A stretch of 63,194 nt of DNA, the filler included, from Octopus bimaculoides (Eukaryota): the NCBI RefSeq assembly GCF_001194135.2. It is 3 parts of 3 records of this genome, joined end to end, with 100 filler letters (N's around TTAATTAATTAA, not from the genome) between each part and the next. Parts side by side here need not be neighbours in the genome. Positions count along the whole stretch, not along the records: positions 22,025 to 51,294 come from NC_068997.1; 2 more parts are not named here. One strand, 5' to 3'. Below, piece by piece: positions 24,191 to 37,500 of this stretch; within the stretch, counting starts at the first letter, position 1, and each line of letters opens with the position of its first letter. The notes under the pieces were generated by a model. It did not search any database. It saw only the letters and a list, made by a program, of their open reading frames with translations, and was not told the origin of the DNA. The position numbers and the translations under genes were made by a program.

Positions 24191-24966
24191 ATTTAAATAT
24201 CAGTAATGATAGAAGCAAGAGGATCCCGGTGAGTTTTTATATACTTTAACATGTGGGTGTATGTGTATTCAATGGGTATATGAATGTTTATATACATACA
24301 TACATACATACATACATACATACATACATAGAGTTATATATATGTATATATATATATATATATATGTATAAATATATGAATATATGTATATATATATATA
24401 TGATATGTATGTATATATATATANNNNNNNNNNNNNNNNNNNNNNNNNNNNNNNNNNNNNNNNNNNNNNNNNNNNNNNNNNNNNNNNNNNNNNNNNNNNN
24501 NNNNNNNNNNNNNNNNNNNNNNNNNNNNNNNNNNNNNNNNNNNNNNNNNNNNNNNNNNNNNNNNNNNNNNNNNNNNNNNNNNNNNNNNNNNNNNNNNNNN
24601 NNNNNNNNNNNNNNNNNNNNNNNNNNNNNNNNNNNNNNNNNNNNNNNNNNNNNNNNNNNNNNNNNNNNNNNNNNNNNNNNNNNNNNNNNNNNNNNNNNNN
24701 NNNNNNNNNNNNNNNNNNNNNNNNNNNNNNNNNNNNNATCTTTATATAAGAGCGTGTGTCTGTGTGTATATATATATATATATGTACATACATATGTAAG
24801 TATGTATATTTTTTTGTAAGCCTGTATGTCCGTATGCAGAGGGATCGTCGCATTACTGGATATGTAGAAAAAATGGGTAGAAGGATATAAATTGAGACAT
24901 AGAAAACGAGATTGTAGTTTGATAGTTATTTAAATATATACGGAGAGAGGAAGACAAATATACAGG

Positions 24967-25034
<68 letters not shown>

Positions 25035-25039
25035 CAGAC

Positions 25040-25114
<75 letters not shown>

Positions 25115-25527
25115 GGATAATTAATGATGATAAAAAGGAGCATGGATTCATCGAAAAATATACCGGAAGTAATCCTTCAGTGAATAAGTTGAATGCTAAC
25201 GACGGAATTGGAAGCAAATACATACATACATACATACATACATACATACATACATACATGCATACGTAGGTACGTATTACGTACATATATGTATGTGTAG
25301 TATATGAGTGTGTGTCTTTTTGCATGTATATACATTTATGTAAACGCCATCGAAGATGTAATGAAAAGATGAGGTGAAAAGAAGAAGGAAATTCTTCTCT
25401 GAGGAAACAACATCTTTTAAGTAGTTTTATATGTAAGCTGGTTGTTGTGAAAAGCTTTCACAACAGTCTCTCTTCCTCGCCTTTCGTACGCCATCTTACA
25501 TGCTACTTTTTGTCACACTCTCTAATG

Positions 25528-25558
<31 letters not shown>

Positions 25559-26037
25559 ACAGAGGCACACACATACACATACAGACACATACACGGCACT
25601 ACACAACTCACACACAAATACACGTTTACACTCGTAATCATTTTCACTTTATTTATGGGTGGAAAAGTGAATAGAAGCGAAAAGAAGTGTTTATATATCT
25701 ATATATGTATATTTGTGTGTGTATGTGTGCGCGTGTGTATTTGTGTGTTTATGTGTTTTTGTATTTGTGTGCGTATGGATGTGAGCGGGTTTGGGTTCAT
25801 ACACGCTCTCACACACGCACACACACATGCACACATATATGTATTTATGTATGTATGTATACATGCATGTATGCATACATGTATGTATAGGTGAGCATTT
25901 ATATATGTATATACATGTGTGTGTGTGTGTGTGTGTAAGAATTATGTATGTGTGTGTATGTGTATCTGTGCCTGTGTATGTAAAAGTGTTTGTATATATA
26001 AGTATGTATGCATGTACGTATGTATGTATATATGTAT

Positions 26038-26078
<41 letters not shown>

Positions 26079-26322
26079 CGAATGTAGTGAGAGTGAGATG
26101 AGTAGACTTTCTTACAAATGTCCAAAAACAACAAAGATGAATGTAAATAGATAATAACTAAATAAAATTTTATATATATATATATGAAAAAAAAAAAGCG
26201 ATTAATAAAAGCTGTGTATACATAAAACAAACCCAAAAAGAATTAAAAAATATAAACACGCAACGCAAGACATATTTTCCTTCGTTGGCAGGAAGAAAAA
26301 AAAAAAACTAAACTGTTCTGCG

Positions 26323-26368
26323 TGACGTCACACTTATATGCCAAAGCGAGGTTCTGCTGCCTATAAAT
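26323..26368 (+). promoter_or_regulatory. Candidate CRE + TATA promoter module
   Basis: Perfect TGACGTCA at 26323-26330 and TATAAAT at 26362-26368, in a short non-repetitive island between microsatellites. Confidence 0.35.
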
Positions 26369-27004
26369 TTGTTTTCTCAACAGTTTATACTTAACTATAT
26401 ATCTTCACCTGATCGTGATGGTTTTGCCTTCTTAGCTGATCAAATATTCATGTGTAAATGTGTAAATGCCAGCATGCATATATATATGCAGTTATGCATA
26501 CATGCATATATGCATATATGCAGATATATTTACTTTTGCACGTTATTTTATACTTTCCTTCACAAACAACGATTTTAGTGTACGTTTTAATAAGTATGTC
26601 TGTATGTATATATGTTTGTGCATTTGTATACGTATATATTTACATATGAATATGCACACACACACACACACACACACATATGTAAATATAAGCATGTATA
26701 CTTACATACGCACACATGCACACACGTACACATGCACACACACACACACATATATATGCAAATATTAGCATGTATACTTACATACGCACAAATGTACACA
26801 CGTACACACACACACATGCACACACACACACATGCACACACACACACAAGCATATATACTCACACACTCATACACACATGCATGTATGAATGTATTTGCA
26901 TGAGTGTGTGTAAATTCAAGGAAACACTTTCTTCTTCCTATACAGACACTCATACACACACTGTTACACGCACATGCATTCATAATTATACATACATACA
27001 TACA

Positions 27005-27035
<31 letters not shown>

Positions 27036-27594
27036 TTATAAACGCTTACATGCCTTACCATTGCCCTCAAATTTTGCTCCCCAGAAGTAGTCTCTCCACT
27101 CCACTCTTCGAAATATTCAGTCTCCCTGTCTCAACAGGGATCTACGTAAATCTTTGAAAATACACTACAGGGTCCCATTTCCAAGAACAGTAACCACTCT
27201 GAACATGAAAGGGTCACTCCATTGCACTTACATCGAATATCTCTAAACTATAATAATAGTATCCGTCAATGCTTTGACTCTCTCTCTGTCCGTTTTATGA
27301 TCACTTGCACGGATTTCGAAAAGTGGAACTACTGGAAACCTCCTCTCTTTCATCTCCAAACTGTGAGTTCGTGCCATGGGAAAAAAAAAATGAGGAAAGT
27401 AGTATTGTTGCTCTCGACTTGCGCAAAGTTCACTTCCGTGTCTGGCTTGCAAATCTCAGACCGAAACTTTCCGCCTACATGCTACACTCAACTCTCATCT
27501 CTTGGATCTGGGTTTCCTATCAGATCGTACTATCGCTGCACGAATTAAGAGAGCACTTAATGTTTCTCATTCTAGCAATTCCAGCATTGACTCC

Positions 27595-27737
27595 CAAATG
27601 TTTCACTGGTACTTAATTTATCGACTCCGAACGGATGAAAGGTAAAGTCGGTTTTGGCGGAATTTGAACTCAGAACAGAGCGACCGGCGAAATGCTGCTC
27701 AGCATTTCACCCGGCGTGCTAACGATTCTGAAGGCTT
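27595..27737 (-). mobile_element. SINE family B
   Basis: Reverse complement of GCAGAATCGTTAGCACGCCGG...GTTCTGAGTTCAAATTCCGCC...TTCATCCTTTCGGGGTCGATAAATTAAGTACCAG. Confidence 0.85.
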
Positions 27738-28306
27738 ATCGAACTTTTCAACAGGTCAGGTTGTAGGCTATTCGCCAGTGGTGGTTCATGTGTTAGCAGG
27801 ACTCGGTTAAATCTTACAACTGGGAATTATTCAGAAATGGGCTTTAGCAAATATTCTACTCAATACCACAGATTTGCTTGTCAGTTGCTTGGCAGTAACC
27901 AATTGAGCATGTCCCTTAGTAACTGACGATATGTGCATCCCTGATTACGAGTAAAAATAGTTGGGAGAATCATAGCCATGTGTTAAGAGGAATTCTTTGG
28001 AGTTTGGATAATTCACCTTTGGAAACATGGATGTTCCCTTCAACATCCTTGAACAACCCATATTCAGGGACTTTTTGAGCGGGCTGGGCTACTCGATCTG
28101 AAGAAAATTCTAACTAGGTTCGACCTGCAAGGTCATGCGCTGTTTATCTTGATATGAGATCACCATGTCGGGCACATGTAGTTGTGATGCATTTGCCTGG
28201 TGTACCCTTATCAGACGGGTAGTCATGATGGGTATACTGGGTTTCGTATATTTTACCCCAGTGTCACTTTGATCGCATGCGCTGCTCTCTCACTCAATAA
28301 CAACAT

Positions 28307-28520
28307 TGGTTTCAAATTTTGGCACAAGGCCAGTAAGCTTGGGATGAGGTGAGTAAGTCAATTACATCGACTTCCCTATAACTTGACAGGTACTTATTTT
28401 ATCGACCCCCAAAAGGATGAAAAGTTAAGTCAACCTCGGCAGGATTTGAACTCAGAACGTAAGGATGGACGAAATGTCCGATAATAATTTTCTCCGGCGT
28501 GCTAACGACTTTGCCAGCTC
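28307..28520 (-). mobile_element. SINE family B
   Basis: Same family B motifs, including the TTGTGCC...ATTTGAAACCA tail. Confidence 0.85.
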
Positions 28521-28639
28521 TAATGATAATAAAAAATAATCAAAGCCGTCCTCTGACTTTTCACCATTGTCATTGGTCAGATTTAAAATTTCTCCCCGGA
28601 AATTGATGAAAATCAATCAAACTTCTGCTTCTTTCCCTT

Positions 28640-28813
28640 TGTTTCCCCCCTCTCTCCCTCTCTCCCTCTCTCTCTNNNNNNNNNNAATGTTACTCGAAGA
28701 AAAAAGAAGAAAACAAAAAACAAAAAACAAAACAAAATACAAAGGTGACAGACAACTAGCCACCTTCGTTCCTTCGTTCCTTCGTTCCTTCCTTCGTTCC
28801 TTCGTTCCTTCCG

Positions 28814-28846
<33 letters not shown>

Positions 28847-28987
28847 GTCTGTCTATCTATCTCCATTTATCTGTCTGTCGGTCTTTTTATTTCCTTATCT
28901 CTCACCTTCACTCTTCGCCTCTCTTTTTCACTCATTCTTATTGTTTTATTTTCATTGTCTCTCCGTTTCTCTGTCTCTGTCTCTGTC

Positions 28988-29029
<42 letters not shown>

Positions 29030-29380
29030 TCCTCTCTCCACTTTCATCACTCACTCATTCGTTTTCTTCCTTTCCTCTCTCACACTCACTTTCTCATCTC
29101 TTTTTCTCTTCCTCTTACACTTCCTCTTCTCTCTCACTTTCGTCTTTCTCTCTCACTTTCGTCTTTCTCTCTCCCTCTGTATGTCTCTTCTTTAACTTTT
29201 CTCTACTTTCACTTTCACACCAACCCACCCTCTTTACTTCACATCCCTTTGTCTCTCCCCTTCACTCTACACTCTCCACTTACCTCTTCTCGCCCTTGCC
29301 TCACACTCTCTAAATCTCTTCTCACTTTCTTCCCCTTCTCTCTTCCTTTCCCTCCCCCCTCTCTCTCTCTCTCTCACACA
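28640..29380. repeat. Polypyrimidine field with (CTTC)n, (CTAT)n and (CT)n
   Basis: Directly visible low-complexity sequence. Confidence 0.9.
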
Positions 29381-29837
29381 CACTGTCTCTTGTTCATTTG
29401 TCCCATGTCCACATTCAATTCAAACTGATTTGACTCACACTCTTTATTTACAAACACCATCATTCAACCATTCCATCATTCCGTCATTCTATCATCCTAC
29501 CTTCCTCTCTAAACCGCTAAGCTAATCAGTCAGTTATTTCCTTACAAGCAAACCTACTTAGAATCGCTTGTTTTACCAAATTCTCTCCTATTTACGGCTA
29601 CTTGTTCCGTTCCTTTTGGTGCTTCCTCAAGCAGGCAAACAAGGACAATTCTCTCTTATTCTGCAAAGCAATAGAAATTACACGATAAGTCAGCGTCCTT
29701 TGTGTTTTAGCAACATAACTCATGTTACCGTGATTTCTTTCTATACAAGCGTGCTGTCATCTATCTGCAATACGAAAGCTAGTTTCGAACACTGCATTCG
29801 CATGGTCATGGTTATTTGTCTGTTTGTTGTTATTGTT

Positions 29838-29868
<31 letters not shown>

Positions 29869-30140
29869 GTGGTGGTGGTAGTGGTCGTCGTTGTCGTTGT
29901 CGTCGTGGTGATGCCGATGTAATTGTTAAAGTGAAGTTGATAGATTGCGCTTTTCACTGTTTCCAGTGTTGGAAATGGCTGGTTAGTTACGTGCTAGCGC
30001 ACAAGACAACGGCGCGCGCGCGCACGTTCAAACATATACACGTGTGTGCGTGTGTGTGTATGTACGCATACACACATGCATGTATATCTATATGTATGTA
30101 TGTATGTATGGATGGATGGATGGATGGATGGATGTATTGG

Positions 30141-30300
30141 CACAGGCATAATCTCTGGTGTAATGGCTAAGAAGTTTGCTTCACAACCAATTTGTTTCGA
30201 TTTCAACCCCACTGCGCGTTACCTTGGACCTGTATTCTCTACAATAGCCAAGCCTCGGTTGTCCAATGTCAAGTGAGAGAATATCGTAGACAAAAGCTGT
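30141..30300 (+). mobile_element. SINE family A, highly diverged
   Basis: GGCACAGGCAT...AAGAAGTTTGCTTCACAACC...CCCACTGCGCGTTACCTTGG...CTACAATAGCC. Confidence 0.6.
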
Positions 30301-31321
30301 ATATCTTGGACTACCCAATCCAATATGTCTTGTATTTTTTTTTTTTAATGGCAGCGTGTAACAACTAAGTCTATCTAACCTACTCCCCCTGTGGGCACTA
30401 CCAAAACCAATTGGTCTCTATCAGGAGTATATATTCTGGGTGTGCTACGTGTGCGCTGCGCACCCGTCGAAAATGGCAATTTCATTACAAATATTCACTT
30501 GACTAATTAATTTAATCACAAATCTTAATGGGAAACTTTTGTTATATCCTTATTTGAAACAACCACTATACGCCACTGGTCTCTATTGGAGCCTTCGATG
30601 CAACATTTACATGCTTTGTAATATTATTATGATATTAACACATGAGGCTGCCATCTTTCATCTGTACTTGCAAATTTCTTAAGCCTGAAAGTATCTTGTA
30701 TCTTTACAAGGTTACCATCCAACGTTGCATTTAATATTGCTATCATCTTAAGGCTGGCGCTTCTTTTGAGTGGCTTAACTTGCATGATCGAATTCAGAAT
30801 CGAGTTGCTGACATGGAAGGCCCTCTTTTTTCTATTAGGTTGGAATCTTTGGTTCATTGTCGAATAATATCTTCGTTGTAGTTTTTTCTATAAGTATTCC
30901 CATGGTCATTGCTCTGATGAACTTTCTGGTCTAGTACCCTGTGAGAAGACCTTTATACGTGTCACGCGTTTCTCTTCAATGGCCCATAATTTCTCTGTTG
31001 AGCTTCCTGTTAGCCATGAGTCCTTTTACCCGAATAGTATTTTTCCTCGAACTGATGCTCTTTAGAAAATGATTATCATCGTCATTTTTTCATTTGGACT
31101 ATGGCATTAAATCCTTTAAGCTCTCTGTCAATCGACACCTCCAGAATTTGTAGCCCCCTTCCTTACTTTTCTGTAATGTCTTATTCCATAGTAGCCTCAA
31201 CCTTGTTTGGGACAAAACCATATAAAAAGAGACAGCAATAGCATATTTAAGTAATTTTCTGATCTAACCTTATACGCGTAAAATGTTTTCAGTATTAAAT
31301 ATGAAAATAATCCACTTCGAT

Positions 31322-31435
31322 GGACCATTTTCCGTCTTCCAAATTCACTCACAAGGCATTGATCGGCCACGCAGAGGCTATAGTAGAAGAAATTTGCCCA
31401 AGATGACGTGCAGTGGTACTGAACTGGAATCGACA
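31322..31435 (-). mobile_element. SINE family A fragment
   Basis: TTCCGTCTTCCAAATTCACTCACAAGGC...GAGGCTATAGTAGAAG...TTGCCCAAG. Confidence 0.75.
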
Positions 31436-31466
31436 AACAGAAAGACAGGCAGGCAGGCAGACAGGC

Positions 31467-31499
<33 letters not shown>

Positions 31500-31519
31500 G
31501 CCAAACATACAGACAGACT

Positions 31520-31586
<67 letters not shown>

Positions 31587-31956
31587 CGTACACTAAGTAC
31601 ATCTACATATGTAACCAAAACTTCGTTTAACTTAAAGTGATTTTTTGTCACTTAAGCCCATCAGTCTCACTTACTATAACAATATTGTTACAATAACTTT
31701 GATTTGAAAGAAACGAAGGAAACATCGGCCATTTTTCATAAGAACAATGAATCAAGACGTAGCTTGAAATTTCACTATTTTATAACTTTTAACTTTTAAA
31801 AATTGTTAAAAGTTTTAAAGTTATTTCACTCATTATGTATTTCGATCTTATATATTACACAACCTAGGAAAATACCGCCCAAAAGATTTAAACTCAGAAA
31901 TAAAAGGAAGTAATTAAATACCGCAAAGACAGTATTTTTCGCGTTATACTCATTGC

Positions 31957-31981
31957 TGTTGTTGTTGTTGTTGTTGTTCTT

Positions 31982-32064
<83 letters not shown>

Positions 32065-32065
32065 C

Positions 32066-32130
<65 letters not shown>
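31957..32130. repeat. Compound trinucleotide array (GTT)(CTT)(ATT)(CAT)(ATT)
   Basis: Directly visible. Confidence 0.95.
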
Positions 32131-32131
<1 letters not shown>

Positions 32132-32501
32132 AAAAAGTAACTAAGGAGTATCACAAGAGCAATAAAAACAATAATATAACTATAAACATTGAATATTAGA
32201 AGATATTTGAAAATAAAAGAGAGAAACAAGAAGGAAATGAATGAAACCAAAACTGGGGAAAATAGGAAAGAAGAAAAATGGAAAGAAAGAAAGAAAGAAA
32301 GAAGAAAGATAGAAAATAGAAGGTTAGAAAGACCAGTAAAATGATACAAAGTGAGGGGGGAAATCGATAAGAGGAGAGAAAAAAAGGAAATGAAGAAAAA
32401 AAGACAAGGAATATAGCAGAAGCGAGGGAGGAAAAAAAAGAAAGAAAAGAATAAAGAAAGAGGAAAAGGGAGAAAAAAAAACGAGAGAAGAAGAAGAAGA
32501 A

Positions 32502-32546
<45 letters not shown>

Positions 32547-32965
32547 AAAAAGAAAGCAAAACATTAAAAAAAGAAAGAAAAATAAAATAACAATAGAGAA
32601 AAAGATAGAAAAAGGAAAGAAAAAAGTAAAGAAATCAAGAGAAATATGGTGAATAAAGACAGAATTTCAGTTTGGACATCATTCCATAGAAATTAATGTG
32701 GACTTTTGTTAAAGAAAGTCAGGTCAGTTATCAACTCTCTTGATGATGGAGCCGAACAAGGAAGAAAAAAAATAACAGACAAACAAATAATTAAATGTAT
32801 AAAAATGGTGGCGAACATCTATANNNNNNNNNNGTCGTATATGGTCGTCTGCTTAGCTAAATTGTTACGTCATTGATCGTCTGCTTTCTGTCTTTTCCCC
32901 CGTTTTCGTCCATCTTTGTCCGTGTTAGTCTCGCTACTCAGCTCTCAGGATAGTGGGATGAGAGG

Positions 32966-33008
<43 letters not shown>

Positions 33009-34069
33009 GACGTACAGACACACAGACAGAGAGGAGGTGCTGAGAGATAGATTTTGAGGGACAGAGAGAGTAAGTATATAGAAGGAGAAACTAAAGGGAG
33101 GAAGAGCTAGAGACAGAGAGGTGGGGGAGATAAAATGCGGGTGAAGATATTGTGAGAGAGGCTAGAATGAAAGGTAGACAGATAGACAGACAGCAGACAA
33201 ACGACGTGGCTGTTATACGAGCAAAGATAAGAGTAGATAGAGGGTGGGAGAGAGTGTAATTGTTATAGTTACGAGGGAAGGTGTGGAGAGAAGTGATAAG
33301 TGGCTAGATTGAGAAGAAAGAAGAGAAGCTTAGAAAGAGTATTGATGAGGAATAACTGTAGTGTGGGTAAGTGAAGAGACAAATAGCTGCGGTTTGGTAT
33401 ATAAAGAGAGGAAAATAGTACGTACGGAGTGATAGTAACGGTGTAGAGGGGCATGTGAAGTCAGAAAAAGCTAAAAGATATGGTATGGGTAAATAGAAAG
33501 AAAAATCGCTGTGGAGTGCATAAGTGGACAGAGACAGATACCTCTAGTGTGAGTTACGGAAAAGGAAGTTCCCATGCTGTGGAAAAGTGGAGAGAACTAG
33601 TTAGTGGTGTGGTATATGAATAGAGGAAAATAGCTTTTGAATGGGTATAGTAAGAAAGAAATAGCTATAGTTTGGATTGGAGTAGAGCGAAGTACCTATG
33701 GTCTTGAAAAGGGAAAAGCGATGTACTTATGGTTGGGTAATTGGGTATAGAAATAACAATTTTGTGAGCAAGGAGAGAGGTAAATATCTGTTGTGTGGGT
33801 AAAAAAAATAGAGGAAAACAAACATGACGTGTTTAAGTGGAAATAAAATAGCCATGATGTGGATTAGGAGAGGAAGTGAAAAGTTATGATGTATGTAGAT
33901 AAGTGAAGAGAGTGGATAGCTATGTTCTAGTTGGGTAAATGGTGATAGAAATGGCTATGAGATTGGCAAATGGAGAGACAGTAGCAATGATGTGGGGAAG
34001 AGGGATTAAGAGGAGAGAGAGAGAGAGAGACGGAGCTATGCATTGGGCGAATTGCAAGTGAATTTGCTA

Positions 34070-34408
34070 TTGTTGTTGTTGTTGGAACTCCGTCGCTTAC
34101 GACGTGGAGGGTTCCAGTTGATCCGATCAACGGAACAGCCTGTTCGTGAAATTAACGTGCAAGGGGCTGAGCACTCCACAGACACGTGTACCCTTAACGT
34201 AGTTCTCGGGGATATTCAACGTGACACAGTGTGACAAGGCTGGCCCTTTGAATTACAGGCACAACAGAAACAGGAAGTAAGAGTGAGAGAAAGTTGTGGT
34301 GAAAGAGTACAGCGGGGTTCGCCACCATCCCCTGCCGCAGCCTCGTGGAACTTTAGGTGTTTTCGCTCAATAAACACTCACAACGCCCGGTCTGGGAATC
34401 GAAACCGC
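34070..34408 (-). mobile_element. SINE family C with B-box (longest copy)
   Basis: Minus strand begins GCGGTTTCGATTCCCAGACC (B-box-like), then the body shared with the 22-kb copies and an (AAC)n tail. Confidence 0.85.
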
Positions 34409-34646
34409 NNNNNNNNNNNNNNNNNNNNNNNNNNNNNNNNNNNNNNNNNNNNNNNNNNNNNNNNNNNNNNNNNNNNNNNNNNNNNNNNNNNNNNNNNNNN
34501 NNNNNNNNNNNNNNNNNNNNNNNNNNNNNNNNNNNNNNNNNNNNNNNNNNNNNNNNNNNNNNNNNNNNNNNNNNNNNNNNNNNNNNNNNNNNNNNNNNNN
34601 NNNNNNNAATGGAATAGCTATAGTCTTCCCCTTCAACCATTTACAT

Positions 34647-34913
34647 TAGTGTTTCTCAACTATTTTTTTTTTACCTGTGTACCCTTTTGATTTCTGTTTT
34701 ATTCGGGTGGACCCTCAAAACCATTCAATGTTTAGAAAATCCTAATATATTTTCATAATTAAATATTATTAGGAATTGTAATTAAAAAAAAAATTGTTAA
34801 AATATTTTGTGTATTGTAGAAGTATAACCAATTTATTGCACGTAAATTTTAACAAAAAAAAAAATCTTATATGGAGCCCTATGAGCCATATGGACCCCAG
34901 GTCAGAACCAGTG
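34647..34913 (+). mobile_element. Non-autonomous hAT (Buster/Charlie-like) MITE
   Basis: Ends TAGTGTTTCTCAAC and GTCAGAACCAGTG. Flanks ATTTACAT and ATCTGCAT (6/8 match, left copy fits the nnnTAnnn TSD pattern). A second copy is inverted at 47125-47387. Confidence 0.7.
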
Positions 34914-35845
34914 ATCTGCATTAATGTGTAGACGGGTGAAGAAGAAGAGAGATTTTGCCATAGTTTGGGTGGCTGAAGTAAGAACTATCCGCTATTATCC
35001 GCACTCTCATTCGATCACAATATGGGTGAGAGTGCGGGTTTGGTAAAGAATGAATTAGTAAGGAAATGTTTGAAGGTGGAACCATCATATTGCATTTATA
35101 GGGAAATAGTGGGAGGAAGATGACGATTAAAGCAGAAGAGGTCGGACACAACAATAACTAGAACAGAGACAATGAGATGAGATGCAGAGGTATCCTGGAG
35201 GTCATCAACGTTGTCCATTCACTTAGATTTCCAGAATAACTTTGGGTATTTTTATTTTCTTGACATGGTATTTTCATTTCGTTTTATGTTGAATTAAGAA
35301 ACGTCGGAGGTCAAGCTTGATATGGACACTTGAACTTTCACCTTTGCTTCCCACCTCCCTATAGTCCCACCTCCAACACACACACAAACATGCCTCATTC
35401 AAACACATATCCGACTGTATGCAAATTCACCATGCGTTACACAATCATAGACAGACACTGATATATACGCACTCATATACATGCACAAAACATATAGTGC
35501 ATATTCAAATATTTGCACACACATAAGCGCATATGAATGCATATATATNNNNNNNNNNNNNNNNNNNNNNNNNNNNNNNNNNNNNNNNNNNNNNNNNNNN
35601 NNNNNNNNNNNNNNNNNNNNNNNNNNNNNNNNNNNNNNNNNNNNNNNNNNNNNNNNNNNNNNNNNNNNNNNNNNNNNNNNNNNNNNNNNNNNNNNNNNNN
35701 NNNNNNNNNNNNNNNNNNNNNNNNNNNNNNNNNNNNATATATATATGTATATGTATGTATGTACACATACAGATATATGCATGCACAGACAAGCACTCGG
35801 ATTGGTACACATACACTAACCTTATCCCCACCAAAGATTATCCTC

Positions 35846-35886
<41 letters not shown>

Positions 35887-36360
35887 CCCCTCCCCCTAAT
35901 TCCGCCATATTCAAAAGTCAGGGTGTCTTTGATAAATATCAGTGAACAACCAACAGCGTGAAAGATGGCTGCGATAACAACAACAACAACAACAACAACA
36001 ACAGCATTAACAATAGCAACAACTAAAACAGAAACAACAAATAAAAGTAATATTAATAAAAGGAAACAAAACAAAAAAATAATAAACAAGAACAGTAGCG
36101 AGAGGAATAATACAAACGAATACCAAAATCAAAAACAGAAAGAGCAGAAACAACGGCAACAACCGGATGAGATAGCGGAAGAGAGGGTCGTGGAGGAAGG
36201 GTATGAAGGGGATAGGGAGAGGAGATGTTTAGAAAGGTCATAGCGCAAAGACGTTGTTGAGGAACGCTTCAATGTCTGCATGTGGATATGAATCTGCATG
36301 TGGATATGCGTGCGTATGTATGTGCCCGTGTTAGAGAATGTGTGTGTGTGTGTATGTGTG

Positions 36361-36391
<31 letters not shown>

Positions 36392-36940
36392 TTGTGTGTG
36401 TGTGTATGTTCGTGTATGTGTGTGTGTGTGTGTGTATGTACTTAAGCCACGCGTATCAGAATAAACTGAAACTGGCTTAACAGCAATGTCTTTACATTCT
36501 CGCGTGTGTGTGTGTTGTGTGTGTGAGTGTGAGTGCGTGTGTGTGTATGTATGTATGTGCGTGTACGTATGTGTGCGTGTGTGTTTGTGTATGCACGTTT
36601 GTATGCATATATGTATATATATGTTGTAACTCTAGCAGAGACTCCATCTAAGAATATCTGAAGAAGGAATTGTAATTCCGAAATATCATCGGACTATAGA
36701 TAACCAAGTTACAAGAGGTATATAGTCCATTTTTTGTTCTATAGTGCATTGTTATACCATTCTAAATTTTTTATTCTTTACAAACAATACACAATGCTTC
36801 AAGCGAACTACAATACTCTCTTGTATATATATCTGTTTGTGTTTGTGTGTATAAATGCGAATATATATGTGTATATGCATAAACATATATTTTTAATCCT
36901 TTATGTTTTATTTGATTCAGTGGTGGTAGTACCTGTATGT

Positions 36941-37205
36941 CTGTCAAGCTCGTCTTTTGAGTCTCTGGACATCATTACAACATTAGATTTTGCTACTTTA
37001 AATTATTGCCCCTCTACGGATGACAGAAGTTGTAGCTGTCCGTAGTGACACTTTACTTCCAATACCTTCCCAACTATTGATGTTTCAACTGCAACAGTGG
37101 TTCTTCCTTCCGACAGTCCGACCTGGCACAGTGTATCTTGAGCCCCTTTTGCATTCTTGCAGACCTTTCCACAGTGACATTTCACTCCCATTATCTCTCC
37201 AGTTA
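36941..37205 (-). mobile_element. HERO/NeSL-like (RLE-type) non-LTR retrotransposon remnant
   Basis: KCHCGKVCKNAK(G)LKIHCARSDC (C2H2-like finger after a 1-nt frameshift) lies next to YGQLQLLSSVEGQ*FKVAKSNVVMMSRDSKD, which I recall as the post-RT LQLP-SS-VEEFKV-K...RDSKD motif. Based on memory of family motifs. Confidence 0.55.
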
Positions 37206-37261
37206 AGAGTGACTGGGGCTGGCTCATGCAAGTATACATTATATTACATTGCATATAAAAT

Positions 37262-37500
37262 GCGGAGACGCGTGGTTCAGTGGTTAAGGTGTTACACCCA
37301 TGATCGAAGGGTTGTAGTTTCAACTCCTGGACTGGTCAAGGCTTTGTGTTCTCGAGCAAAACGCATCATCTCAGGCTGCTACATTCCACTCATGTGCCAA
37401 AAACCGTAATCCTACGACGGTCAGACGTCCTGCGCGGGTAGTGAGAGAATATAAGCGCCATAGAACCCGCGAAACTGGTCTCATATACCTATAGCATAGG
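37262..37500 (+). mobile_element. SINE family D (tRNA-derived)
   Basis: GCGTGGTTCAGTGGTTAAGG (A box), GTTTCAACTCC (B-box-like), TTGTGTTCTCGAGCAAAAC (CORE-like). A related head is at 59680. Confidence 0.6.

Noticed and set aside
24181-24228. + strand exon candidate ending CCG|GTGAGT
   Set aside because: Overlaps or abuts an R4-like remnant on the other strand; weak acceptor.
29568-30170. 200-aa ORF with a signal-peptide-like start
   Set aside because: Runs through (GTT)n, (GT)n and a SINE; no coherent protein.
31894-32564. Long poly-I/R/T/H ORFs
   Set aside because: Trinucleotide arrays.
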